From the human T2T-CHM13v2.0 reference genome, Homo sapiens, in assembly GCF_009914755.1 (NCBI RefSeq), contig NC_060939.1: a stretch of DNA of 64,000 nt, one strand, 5' to 3'. The notes under the pieces are model-generated. The model ran no database searches. It saw only the letters and a list, made by a program, of their open reading frames with translations, and was not told where the DNA came from. This document shows positions 12,057 through 24,569 of this stretch, in pieces. The position numbers and the translations under genes are program-made. Each line of letters opens with the position of its first letter. The first letter of the stretch is position 1.

Positions 12057-15000
12057 GTAGGAAAGGCGGGGGAGGGGCTCCGGCCGTCTGGAAGGAATCC
12101 ACGCGGCTTGAGGCTGTGGGGGAAGTAGGGTGGCGAGCGGTCCTTCTGCGCGCGGGGGGCGGGGGGGGTGGGGTGGTCCATTAGGGTCCCCTGGCGAGGG
12201 GGCGGCTTTCTAGTGTGTGAGGGCGACGCCCTAGAAGCTCCCCTTCAAAGTTGGCCCCACGCGCTGAATGTGGAAAGTTGACTGGGACCCAGTAGTTTCC
12301 CATCCCAAACCTGCTTTCCGAGAAGGGCTTCAAACCCAAAATGTGAATCCCGCCTCCCCTCTCAGCCAGAACTGTGGACTCGTCCCGGGGAGGGGCGGTG
12401 GGTGGGGCGGGGCTGGCGGGAAATTTCGGTTTTGGCGCGCTCCCTGCGGCGACGCTCATCGTGCGCTCTCCTCTTCCCCCGGTGGTCTCCTCGCTCGCCT
12501 TCTGGCTCTGCCATGCCCTGCTCTGAAGAGACACCCGCCATTTCACCCAGTAAGCGGGCCCGGCCTGCGGAGGTGGGCGGCATGCAGCTCCGCTTTGCCC
12601 GGCTCTCCGAGCACGCCACGGCCCCCACCCGGGGCTCCGCGCGCGCCGCGGGCTACGACCTGTACAGGTGAGCGGGGACCTGCCGGCGAGGAGGCTGGGA
12701 AGGGCCGGCCGTCCGCTGCCACAGCTAGAAACAGTCACCGGAGAGATCACAGGAACACACTAGCTATAAATAGGATTTCTGCCTTTTTCGTGTTTAAAAT
12801 TTTAGCTTTCATCTTTGGCATAAATTAAATAGAGATTTGGGCAAAGACTGCAGAATAAGTAAAATAGCTATACGGTGTCTAGCAAGGCGTTACTTTGCAA
12901 CGTTTATTGTGCCCTTCCTAAATAGAAGATAGAGAGGAAGGCCCATGGTGGCTTTCGAGTGGCCCGAGGGTGATGCTGTGCTCAATAGAAAAACCAAGGT
13001 GAGAGCCTAGATGTGAGCGTGAAAATACCTAAGAAGGATGAACGAAGATGCATCTGCCTTAAAAAGTTATTTTCTATACATTCATCCGGCCCAGGGCGGA
13101 ATTTGAGAAGGCATCTGAAAACGAAAGGCAGAGCTGCCTGTAATCTACCACACTTTCATCTCTACAGCACGTTTTACCTGTACTAAAAACTTTCCGTATG
13201 CTGTTGTATTTAGTCCTCACAACAATCCTTAACTAGATAAGTGTTACTTTTTACACAGGCAGGAGTTTGTGAAGAGCTGAATTGATTTCCCCAGAGGCTT
13301 GAAGATGATATAATTTTTTATCCCGAATTTTGGGCTTTTTTTTTTTCATCTGACTACTGTGCCCAGTTCTTAGAACCATTAAGGTAGGAGAAAAGTAATG
13401 CTGAGAGGGAAGGAGATTTTATACTAAATCCCAAGCATTGGGATTTATTTTAAAGTATCTCAGATAATTCAAACATGAGAACTATTAGTCTAAGCACAGG
13501 AGAAGAGAAAGTAGTGCCTGATGATAGCAACAGAAAAAAAAGGAAAAGGAAAGTAGGTATGGACAATTGTAGCTGGAAAAACTACAGTCTCTTAATTTTG
13601 ATGAATAAAAGTAGAGTGATATAGTTTGACTAGACCTTTCCAAAGTATATTTTGGAGCACTTTCTTGAGTCCTAGGGGAGTCCTTGATTTAAGATACCTT
13701 AAGTAGACTCCTAATAAACACAGGTGACTTTCTGTATACTGAAATTGACATGGAAATAATGGATCAGCAATAAATTAGGGCTTAACTGTTTAAAGAGGGA
13801 TTTCAGTGAAAGAAGGGGTAGTACTGCTTTACCAGAGTTAATTAAGGTCTCCAAAGTAAACTTCCGGTTCTGCTCATTGTAAAATCTCTTAAATTTCTAC
13901 CCAGGAGAGGGCCACAGTAATATCAAGAGTAGCAGCATTTGCTATGTGGACTTTAGAGGAATTCTGTTCCTAAGCAAGGTCCATCTCCAGGGGCCGTTCA
14001 CAGTGATCAGCTGTCTCCCTCAGCCAGGAAATTCATAGCCTAAGCTTGGTAAACTACCAAGCCCTGCCTGACAGATACAACACAGTTCTTTATCTCTTAT
14101 TTTGTCCACCCGTTTTTCTCCTTTCCTTCTGCATATTTTCCCTAATCACACAGATCATTGTGAGAATAAAATGGGTTAATATATGTAAACCAATTAGAAC
14201 TGTTCCTGGCACACAGTAAAGGCTTAATCAATGATAGCTAGTATTATTAGTAGTATTTGGCCTTTTTTCTTTGTTCTTTCTTCATTTTTTTCCTTTTCAA
14301 ACTATGGTTGTAAAGCATCCACCTTTTGAAAGTTTGCCTTTCTGCCCTTTCACGCTGATAAGTACCTCAGTTTCCAATAAACTTTTGTTCAGGGGCAAAC
14401 ATTTACAATGTTGACATCTCTTCACACCACCAAAAATATTCATGGAGAATTATTTTATCTAAAGCTGTCTTTTTAATAATAAAATAGCCACCTCTACCTT
14501 CTTCATAAACTTTTAAGATGAATTGGTAATTCATCATAGCAAGGTTGATTTTAGAAACTAAAGTTGCATTAATTCATTAAATACACTGAAAGTAATTTTG
14601 TATGCTTGGTCACAAAGAAAATATAAAAACAATTTTATAAATAGATTTGCAGTTATTTTCTTTCAATATTTTCTTAGTGCCTATGATTACACAATACCAC
14701 CTATGGAGAAAGCTGTTGTGAAAACGGACATTCAGATAGCGCTCCCTTCTGGGTGTTATGGAAGAGTGGGTAAGTCATTTAAGAAACAGGTAACTATTTG
14801 TCAAGTTCTCCTTTGTGATAGATTCTTCATGTTTCATTTGGGGTAATAAGCAGGCAATATTGCTTGGGCTGTGTCCTAAAAGAAGCACCATTTGTGATAG
14901 CAAATGCACTCTTTGAAAGGCTTTATTTACATCTCTGCTTTGCCTCTTTTTGACCCTTTTATTTTTCTCCTTCCTCACTGGAGCTTTTAGGCTCACACTG

Positions 15001-18000
15001 GCCTAGAAGGCTGTTCTCAGAACATGGCATTTTATATTATGAGAGTAAAACTTCTGACCTGTTGGTCCCAGAATGTGTAAGCCTACTTAACCTTTTCTTG
15101 TTTGGCCATGGGGTTAGGGTAAGGGATACTCTTCAGTGTTGTAGAGGCACTGGGAGGAGCTAGGACAAAATGGAGTACACGTCAACAGGTTTGATTTTTC
15201 TGGAGCGGATCAGTTGTTACCAGACAGTTCTTTGCAAGAGCGTAAGTTCTTTTTGACTAACTTCAGAGTAAACATAAAGGAGGCAATGGAGCTGTGACGC
15301 CCTCCTCCAGGGAAAGGAGCTAGACTGGCACTATATTATTAGCCATGAGTGAGGAAACTGCCAGTACTTCAGCCCTTAAAAGATAACAAGATGGGCTCTC
15401 ATCTCATCTCTTGAGCATCATTGACTCCATTTTTTAGAATTTTTTCAGGGGAAGGGGCAGGAGATGGAGTGAAATAAAGGTTAGTACAGAAAGAGGCAGC
15501 ATTATTGACAAAGTGCCTGATTTAAATTATTCTAAAATAAAATGCTGGAAGTTAGGATAATTAATTATAGGCCTGATGCTTGAGTCTGCAATAATAAGGT
15601 GTAACCTTAGCTTTTTATTTTTTTCATTTTTTAGGATTAAAAAGTATACTAGCATTGAATCATTGAGACTTAGTTTTTGGCATTTTTACTTAACTGATAT
15701 TAGCCCATTTATCTTACTCTGGTTCATGTGTTTCCTACAGGCATGTCTTTTGGCATCTGAATCATGAATAGTGGGGTCCCAAGTTGTAGGCTATGGTCTG
15801 CTACTATTTGGTTAGGTTTGTTTCCCTCTCCCTTCCTCTTCCTTTCCCTTCCCATCTGCATTGTACATGTTGTGGTGTCCCATCTTAAAACCAAAGTCTT
15901 CTTCCTCAGTAGTGTGTTCCTGCTGGCCATACTTCTCTTTCTTCCCCTTTGAGGCTTAACTTCTTGAAAGAGCAGCCTACAGTTGTTCCCGCTTGCTCAC
16001 CTTTCAGCTCATTCTAGCAGTCCTTCTCCCCTGTCTGCAGCACCACAAATTCTGACTGAAGTCACATGGGAGTGGTTTAAGTTAGTTTTGAATTAAAACC
16101 TTGTGGAATTTTTCTAAACTAGTCTTTCCAACTTTGGTAATGCAGTATGATGAATATATATTCTTTAATTCAAAACCATGTGCTAAAGTTAAGATGAAGA
16201 TATAGATATTATAGGTGAAGAGAATGACATGCTTAAATTGCATCAGTTATCTCTGATATAGCCCTTCCCCCTTAAAATAACCAATGTCTCCTTTTTTGTT
16301 TTTTAGCTCCACGGTCAGGCTTGGCTGCAAAACACTTTATTGATGTAGGAGGTAATATATTTCCTTTTTTATTCTGTAAATGTTTGCAAGTATTTACTTT
16401 GTCTTTAAAAGGTAATATTCAAATGACAGATTTTATTTTTAAGAAAAGAAAATGATTAGAGGAAAGCTTGTTATAATAGGAGGAAAAGCTTTGTGGTTAT
16501 TTTAAGTAATTATATTTTGTTTAACTACTAACTTAATTTTTAAAATAATGATTACCTAATTAATAATGACAGATTTAATGATATAATAATTAAGTAATTA
16601 TTTAAGCAACAAAAGTTCTAGAAAACACAGGTCTATCTTGTAAGAATTTTCTTCATAAGAGAGCTATCTGTCTTTAGCAAAATTTAAGAAGAAAATCTTT
16701 CCCTGAAGTCAGGAGAGAAAACACTTTTCTCTAAATTTGTTAAGACAGTCCTCTGTGTTACCTGTTTCCCTTATAATAAAGCCTTTCTCATGTTTGTCTC
16801 AAAGTTAACCCTACCTCATGTGGTACCTTTCATGAAGAACCCTCAGTGTCCTCTGCTAACTACTCTTGATACAGAGCTACTCCTCTTATTGTAAGGAAAT
16901 TTCTACTTTCCTGATGTGGTTTCCTTGTTTCAGGTCCGCTCCAACTGGGATTCAGACCCCACTTATGTGGTCCTTACATACTGACCCTTTATCCCATCAG
17001 TAGTGAATCTTTCACTTAACAAGATACCTTGGCCCCCACATAAGTAGGTGTGCTAGATCTCCTCCTCCACCCGTTTTTACAGAGCTGCTTTATGGAGGCT
17101 TGTTAACAGATCAGGAAAACTGGCTTAGAAATGAGCCCACATGGATATGTGGTAAAAACTGGAGTCTCTGTGTGATTCCAGCCTCCTTGTTCTTTCCACT
17201 GCAATTAATTGTGGAGATTACCCTGCTGCATCCCCCTCACCAACTAAACACGTCCAGAATTAGCTCACTTTTATGTGCCACTGCAAGGGCTAACTAAGCA
17301 CTTAATGAAACCTGGCTATCCTAGACCTGCCCCTTAGTCTAACATTTGGTGGGTGTGGTGTCTCTCCATAGTGTCACCAGGTGGTGCTGTGGGACAAGAC
17401 AGGACCCCAAAAGTACACCCTTTAGGGACTAAAGGGGAGCTGAGTTTTACATAGCAGGGTGGACATTGACAGCCCACTCTTGGGTTGAGGATTCCTTGGG
17501 CTCTGTAAGTTATGCCCGATGTTCAAAAATGCTTTTACAAGGTCAACTGTGGTCATTTTGGGACAGTAACTTAAGGATATAAATAATTGTATATATTTTC
17601 AATGAAGTTTCAAATGATTGTTCAAGGAACGGGAGCTTTGGAATAACAACTGGATGTAGGTCCCAGCTCTGTCATTAACTAGTTATTACTTAACCTTTCT
17701 GAGCCTGTTTCCTCATTTTACAATGGAAATTAGTGTGCCTGCCTCTAGAGGTAGGAGGATTAAATGATAATGTGTATGAAATACCTAATATAGTACTTGG
17801 CACATATTAGATTCTGTGAGATATAATTTCTGTCCTTAGGGACTTCACAGATTGTTTTTATGTGGAAACTTTTTCTTTTATTCGACTTTGTTACTAATTT
17901 TTGCTCTGTTTAAAACAACTTTCTGGAAAAAAATTCATGTAAAAGAACGGAAAGTTAGTTTGCCTAGTGGTTGGTATGGTGTTATTCATAAAATCACATT

Positions 18001-21000
18001 GTGGTGTGTTCTTGGATGCAGAGAATCTTAACAATCTCCCTTAGGCACAAGTTTATCATAGTTGGCAACAGTTTTTATTTCTGAAGAGAGATGTTGTTAG
18101 AAATCCCAGGCTCTAAATAAGGGTCAAAGGGAAAAGTTGAGCATTCAGGATTCTGTTCAGAATTCACATCTGGTAGGTGTGGATAGTTTTTCACTAAAAA
18201 AGGTTTCCAACAAATGACATGCCAAACTCTTGACACAGTAAAACTTTTGCCTGAAGTCAGTTAATCACTCTGCCAGTTCCAATGCATGATTTTTCCAGTG
18301 ATAACTTCAAGTTACTTTCTGCTTTCTCTGAGGAGAAATATCCCTGATACTTATATCCTGTAGGCAGAGAAGGCTTTTCTTGGAGGTCGAATGGCAATTG
18401 GGTGGTAAATGAATTTGGAACTACTGAAATTTTTATACCGTCAACATTCATGCAAAAAAAAAAACTATTGAGGGCCTTTTTTTCTGCCATACATTTGAAT
18501 TGACTTCAAACTTCTTAATTTCTTTTAGTCACTTAAAGGTTTTTCACATTTTCGTGGCCCAAGCATAAAGATCACCTATCTGCAGGATTCAAGACACCCA
18601 ATCATTTGAGTAGTTCTGATAGGACTGCTTTACAGATACGTTAGCAGAGGCCTTTCAAAAAGGGAGTGTTTTTGTATGTTAGAAGATACTATAAAGCCAA
18701 CAAGCAAATATTTGCAACTTATATGAAAAAGAACAAATGAGAAAAAAACATACACAAAATATAGACAAGGACATGCAAATGTCCAACAAATGGGAGGAAA
18801 AAAATCCAGCCTCACTAGTCATCAGGGAATGAAAAGTAAGGCAATGAGATAGCCATTTTGTACTCATCATATTGGCCAGAATGTAAGAGATTGTTGCCAT
18901 CAAATATTGGCAAGGATTTTGGAAATGGGCATTCTCAAATATTGCTGATGGAAGTTTGAGTGGCTACACCTTTTTTGCAACCTATTTGATGAAAATAAAA
19001 AGCATTCATATACAAGGATATACTTAAAGGGCTGCTTCATTTATTATAGCAAAATGTAAAAGCAGCCTGTGTCTGATATTATGCAAGAGAATAGTTACAT
19101 AGAAACAATGGTACAGGTTGGGCGTTGTGGCTCATGCCTGTAATCCCAGCACTTTGGGAGGCTGAGACAGGCAGATTGCTTGAGCCCAGGAGTTTGAGGC
19201 TTATTTGAGCAACATAGGGATACTTTCTCTCTACAAGAAATACAAAAATTAGCCAGGTGTGGTGGTGCCTTTGTACCTGGAGGCTGAGGTGGGAGAATCA
19301 CTTGAGGTTGAGGCTATAGTGAGTTGTGATCATACCACTATACTCCTGCCTGGGCTATAAGAGTGAGACCCTGCCAAAAAAAGAAAGAGAAGGAGAGAGA
19401 GAACCCATATTTCCATATCTTGTATCTAAAAAGAATGGCTAACATTTACATATATTAATCTCAAAGGATAAAAAGAAAAAAATAAAGTAGTATGTAAGAT
19501 ATATTTCTGTAACATTAGCTATCTCAGGGAGGGTAAGAGAATATTATAAGCTTTTACTTTATATGTATTTGTATTGTTTTAGTTATTTAAAAATTTTTGA
19601 ATAAAGTAGAAACAATAGTTCAGAAGTCAGTCCATGTCTTTCTCTAACTCATTCAAGATAGATGAATTATTAGCTTGTACCTCAAAATCTCCCAGCATGG
19701 AAGTTCTCTAGCCTACTGTGGCCATTTTTTCTAGCATGGAACAACATGCTATGTTGAGGGATTTCTTCATTAAATCTAATTTAAATTGTCCCTGCAGTCA
19801 AAATTTTTTCCATATAGATAATATGGAAAACAGCTGGTTTCATCTTTATATCAAATTTTTTCATAAATATTAAGGTGTAAATTAATGGTCAACTGACGGT
19901 GGAGAAATAAAGCAGGGTTTGGTATTGGAATTGGTCAAGTTCAATAATGGATTGTTTCCTTCAGGCCCGACAGGAGATGAACTGCCTTTGCTGCTTTTCT
20001 GCCCAGTTTTATACTCACTCTTCTCGTAAAAGTGTTGCATCAGGAACCTTTTAAGAAGTGCTTAAATTCAGATTCACTTGTCCCTAGTAATTCATTCATA
20101 AAGCACAGGGGTTCATTTAAACGTATGTTGTAATCCATTCGGAAAATCTAAAATGTTGTTTTTGCTGAATATTTTTCCCCGTGGTGGACCTAAGGGTTTG
20201 CTTTTTTCCCCCCATTATATGAGAAAATTGAAAGGATATGCTTAGGAATTACCCTTGTTCTTAAAAAATGGGGGGTGGGTATGCTTTGGGGTTTTTTTGT
20301 CTGTTTTCTCAGCTTTCAAATAATGAGGAGTATGGGCAAATAGCATTACTGCCCATTGAGCTGAACACAGGATTATTTTTATTTCCATATTTTTTCCTTC
20401 ATCAGGGCTTTTGTTTGGGGTAGAGTATTAATAACAAGTAAGATGTGACATGGAGCTGTCTTCAGTTAGATTCACGTGAGTCTTATCCAGCCTTTCACAA
20501 ACTGAGGAGAAAGAATTAACGTGTATAGCAGGAAATTGGGGGTGGGAGGAGGAAGGGGAGTGACTGCTAATAAGGTAGGGGATTTTTGGAGGGAGGGTAA
20601 TGTAAATGTGCTATAATTGACTGTGACGATAGTTGGCCAACTCTGATACACTATGAACTGTGGAATTGTAACACTTCAAATGGATAAATTGTATGCTTTG
20701 TGAATTATTTATCAATATAAAAAAATGAAAAGGCCCGGTGCACCTGTATTATCTGTGCTTGTGCTTATGGAAATATTTTAAATTATTGGCTCAAAGATAA
20801 ATGCTAGCAAGTCTGGTAAGTATAACTCTCTGGGCTATGTCAGGGACCTGGCTCAAGTCTCCCCTGCAAAGATCTTCTCCCCCTGTGTTCATAATCTTAA
20901 ACAAGTATTAATTACACAAAAAAAGTTGTACTCATGAAGCCTATGTGCTACAGTCTTCTGAGAAACCATGCTCTAAGAAAGGATGGTGGTTCAGATTAAA

Positions 21001-22339
21001 AGGAGAGGAAGATTATGAACTGAAAAATACAGCTTCATTTTTAGTGTAAAAATGGAATATTCTAATATTTGCAAGACTGCTGCTTAACAATGTCAGCGTT
21101 GATTTACTCCACTGCAGAGCTTTAGGCTTTTTGACATTTTTATTTATGACTCAATTGTATTTCAATCTGGGTATTAGCGGGAAGCTGATACCAGGAAAAA
21201 CCTTTAAAACCCAAATTGTAATTTTCTCCTAGTCTTTTTGGCAAGTGTGCCGTGGGTAGACAGTAGGTTGGAGATGGCCATTGCTACTGCCAGCTTAAAA
21301 TAGGAAATGGTCGCCATTTGATAAAGAGTGACAGGTTGGAAAATTAGGACCTGTTTTCTAAATTTTTATTTGTATTTTAGTAATGTCATTTCTTGGTTTT
21401 GAGGCTTTACATAGTACCAGGGCAAGATTCACTTATTCAATTGTAAGAATACAAATCTCAGAGCTACATGATAATGATTTTGAGATAATCTTACACCTCT
21501 AGTATTCCAATAGCAAAAATTGAGATAATATTACTTTTCTTTTCTCTAGCTGGTGTCATAGATGAAGATTATAGAGGAAATGTTGGTGTTGTACTGTTTA
21601 ATTTTGGCAAAGAAAAGTTTGAAGGTATGTTAAATATATACATTCACATAATTTTAGTGAATTTTCAGAGTCATGTATGTGTAAATTAATATTGACTCCT
21701 TTAATTCTCATTGAATAAGACAGGATATGGCGAATGTGTCAGTAACGTCAGTAATAAACTATTCTTTCTTTGAAGTCAAAAAAGGTGATCGAATTGCACA
21801 GCTCATTTGCGAACGGATTTTTTATCCAGAAATAGAAGAAGTTCAAGTAAGTATTACAAAGGAAGATACAGAATAAGTAATATAACATCTTAAGTGAAGA
21901 AATATATATAATCTTGAGAATTTAATATGCTGTTTGTAACTAAATAGTATATATGACTAAACTTATTTTAAGCAAATTTAAAATACTAGTTTTAGAATTT
22001 CTTTAAATGTTTTTCATGTAGCTATTATGTAGTATTACTTTGGATAATAAGTTATTTAAACATACTGTGAACTTCTAATATTTTATTAGAATTTTTTAAA
22101 GTTATCCAGTATTCTAATTTATGGAGCTTTTTAGAATTTAATTTTCTTTCTGTAATCTCCCTTTTGAAAAGATGATATAGCAAGAGTAGAATTCTGGCTG
22201 TATTTTTCTTAGGAGCTGGAGAGGAAAACTGAAAGAGGCTCTTAAAAAAAACTGTGAAGCTTACTACCTTTCTATCTTTCAGGCCTTGGATGACACCGAA
22301 AGGGGTTCAGGAGGTTTTGGTTCCACTGGAAAGAATTAA
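11777..22339 (+). CDS. DUT: dUTPase, mitochondrial isoform DUT-M (252 aa); join(11777..12056,12529..12667,14678..14769,16307..16351,21550..21624,21776..21846,22283..22339)
   Basis: All introns are GT-AG; exon lengths 280+139+92+45+75+71+57=759 nt = 252 aa + TAA. The five dUTPase motifs are present ([39 protein letters not shown]). The N-terminus is Arg-rich, as expected for a mitochondrial presequence. Confidence 0.98.
12387..12440 (+). promoter_or_regulatory. DUT-N proximal promoter: Sp1 GC boxes plus two E2F sites
   Basis: GGGGCGGGG 12404-12412; GGCGGGAAA 12415-12423 (reverse TTTCCCGCC); TTTGGCGC 12431-12438; TATA-less, consistent with G1/S regulation. Confidence 0.8.
12513..12667 (+). CDS. 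DUT: DUT-N first coding exon / shared exon (internal acceptor at 12529)
   Basis: [13 protein letters not shown]...AAGYDLY, donor CAG|gtgagc. Confidence 0.97.
12513..22339 (+). CDS. DUT: dUTPase, nuclear isoform DUT-N (164 aa); first coding exon 12513..12667, then the five common exons
   Basis: gccATG at 12513 gives [18 protein letters not shown] (CDK-type S-P site next to the KRAR NLS); 155+92+45+75+71+57=495 nt. Confidence 0.97.
14678..14769 (+). CDS. DUT: DUT common exon (AYDYTIPP...GCYGRV)
   Basis: ttcttag| acceptor, |gtaagt donor, in frame. Confidence 0.97.
16307..16351 (+). CDS. DUT: DUT common exon ([15 protein letters not shown])
   Basis: tttttag| acceptor, |gtaata donor; carries motif II. 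Confidence 0.97.
19118..19385 (+). mobile_element. AluJ-like within an old L1M fragment (about 18660-19600), DUT intron
   Basis: Alu body flanked by L1 3'-like sequence. Confidence 0.85.
20520..20730 (+). mobile_element. L1MB-like 3' end
   Basis: ggggagtgactgctaat...aattgtatgctttgtgaattatttatcaat plus A tail. Confidence 0.65.
21550..21624 (+). CDS. DUT: DUT common exon ([25 protein letters not shown])
   Basis: ttctctag| acceptor, |gtatgt donor; motif III with the catalytic Asp. Confidence 0.97.
21776..21846 (+). CDS. DUT: DUT common exon ([24 protein letters not shown])
   Basis: tttgaag| acceptor, |gtaagt donor; motif IV. Confidence 0.97.
22283..22339 (+). CDS. DUT: DUT last coding exon ([18 protein letters not shown])
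   Basis: ctttcag| acceptor; motif V P-loop-like tail; TAA at 22337-22339. Confidence 0.97.
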   Translation, partial: ALDDTERGSGGFGSTGKN

Positions 22340-22652
22340 AATTTATGCCAAGAACAGAAAACAAGAAGTCATACCTTTTTCTTAAAAAAAAAAAAAAAGT
22401 TTTTGCTTCAAGTGTTTTGGTGTTTTGCACTTCTGTAAACTTACTAGCTTTACCTTCTAAAAGTACTGCATTTTTTACTTTTTTTTATGATCAAGGAAAA
22501 GATCATTAAAAAAAAACACAAAGAAGTTTTTCTTTGTGTTTGGATCAAAAAGAAACTTTGTTTTTCCGCAATTGAAGGTTGTATGTAAATCTGCTTTGTG
22601 GTGACCTGATGTAAACAGTGTCTTCTTAAAATCAAATGTAAATCAATTACAG

Positions 22653-22658
22653 ATTAAA
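22653..22658 (+). terminator. Proximal polyadenylation signal ATTAAA
   Basis: Several upstream TGTA elements (22580-22640) and a T-rich downstream region. Confidence 0.6.
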
Positions 22659-23602
22659 AAAAAAAGCCTGTATTTAACTCATATGATCTCCCTTCAGCAA
22701 CTTATTTTGCTTTAATTGCTTTAAATCTTAAGCAATATTTTTTATTCAGTAAACAAATTCTTTCACAAGGTACAAAATCTTGCATAAGCTGAACTAAAAT
22801 AAAAATGAAAAGGAGAGATTAAAGGTATTCCTTGTTCTTCCCTTCTCTTCACTAGTCTAAAAACTTCTTTTTAATCTTAAGATTCTTTGTGATGAGGGTG
22901 AGAAAAAGAATCCTCAGTTTATTTTTCCACTATTAATCTTTCTTTTGATAAATCCTCTATTGACTGGGTAGAGGTATGTTTGTGAAAGACATGTAACTTG
23001 GGGATTTGTTACTTTAGGTTTGTTCCCTTGAATTTCATCTCATCAGGCAAATTGTACTAGTTGTAGTTACGAGTTTTCCCTCAGTGAAGTAGCAATAGGC
23101 TGTAATCAAGAAAATATGCCATTTATAGAGATAAGATAAATGAAATAATACTTCAGCCACCAGGTTTTTCTGTCTCACATACATAAGCAGCATTTCATTG
23201 CAGATATGGGACTGATTCTGTGGCTTACCTTGATTAACATCTTTTGGAAGTTTTGCTAGTGTGCTTTCCTTTCTTTACTATGTTTCTCAGATTCCTTTGT
23301 ATCAGGGTTTTGGGTGTCACTTAGGTTTTGTCCATCAGATTCTGTGAGACACCAGGCATCGTTTTGAGGATGTGGGTTATACACATGGAGTGCTTCTGGA
23401 ACTATCAGCCCACTTGACCACCCAGTTTGTGGAAGCACAGGCAAGAGTGTTCTTTTCTGGTGATTCTCCAGGCCATTTAATACCCTGCAATGTAATTGTC
23501 CCTCTGTGGCTCACATTTCATTAGTGAGCCATGAAATCAACTCAGTGGGACATAGCCAGCATTTTTGCATACCAGGTTGGGCTATAAAATATTTCTGTTG
23601 TC

Positions 23603-23608
23603 AATAAA
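23603..23608 (+). terminator. Distal polyadenylation signal AATAAA
   Basis: Followed by GT/T-rich ttctgttttgtg about 35 nt downstream; repeats resume shortly after. Confidence 0.7.
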
Positions 23609-23912
23609 TTTTAAATGTTTTCCTGCTAAACTAACCAGAATGAATTCTGTTTTGTGCAACTAAACTGTGATCAATACCGAGTAACAGTTGAGTAAGAACA
23701 AACAGTATTACATGGCTACCGAGAAATATGGTCTTAGTTTACACTGTTAATGTCAGTTACCTCTTACAGAAAGTCTGCTGTAACAGGCACTTCATAAACA
23801 CCTGGTTTTTTACTCATACTGTGAGAGAGTAGGTAAAACCCATTGTACAGAATGCAGAAATGGGCTCAGAGAGGTTTAGTAACCTGTATAACATTTCAGC
23901 TATGATGATCAC

Positions 23913-24232
23913 TGTCTTTGTTTTGTGCTGCTATACCTGAGATGGTAATTTACAGAGAATGGAAATTTATTCTCAGTTTTGGAGGCTGGGAAGTCCAAGA
24001 TGGTGCCTCATTGCTATGTCCTCCAGAGAGGAGGAATGTCATATCCTCACATGGCAGAAGACTAGAAAAGAGCCACTCCCACAAGCCCATTTTATAAGGG
24101 CACTATAATGCATTCACGAGGGCTCAGTCCTTAGGACTTAAACACTTCCCGTTAGGCGCTGCCTCCCAATACTGTTGCATTCGAGACTAAGTTCCCAGCA
24201 TGAATTTTGGGGGACACATTGAGACCACACCA
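23913..24232 (-). mobile_element. MST-family MaLR LTR
   Basis: ggaggctgggaagtccaagat...cctcacatggcagaag...ttttgggggacacatt. Confidence 0.7.
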
Positions 24233-24569
24233 GTGACTTAAAATGCAGGCCCTTATGCCTTCAAGTCCATATGTGCAGTATCTTCAGCCTCTTCCAAGTG
24301 GTAGAGGTAGAGAATGTAGAGAAGAGAGAGTTTAATTTCTTCATACCCGGAATGTTTTCCATCTGTGTACCATGCTTAAAGGAACATGCTCAGATATGAA
24401 GCTGCTCGGGAAATTAGAGATTTGGAGTATGTCCATGGGGTTAGGTGAAAGACCCAGGATGTTTTGTTTAGAGAAGAAATGTATCGGGAATGGGAGGAAT
24501 ATGGGGGAAGAAGTGGCTATTGAAAGTCCCTGGGATATGATAGATGTCCTTAGATTAAACACTTAGATG

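Larger units (their letters stand above)
11300..12730. promoter_or_regulatory. CpG island containing the DUT promoters
   Basis: Abrupt rise in GC and CpG density against AT-rich flanks; covers all three first exons. Confidence 0.93.

Noticed and set aside
12244-12336. CHR-like TTCAAA elements
   Set aside because: Not positioned next to the E2F/CDE sites; common hexamer
12181-12750. 189-aa minus-strand ORF and other overlapping ORFs in the CpG island (12268-12828, 11412-11732, 11809-12181)
   Set aside because: Stop-poor GC-rich DNA with low-complexity Arg/Pro/Gly translations; no independent support
19806-19830. 10-bp perfect inverted repeat ttttccatat/atatggaaaa in the DUT intron
   Set aside because: Short and AT-rich, with no snoRNA or miRNA hallmarks; plausible by chance in 64 kb
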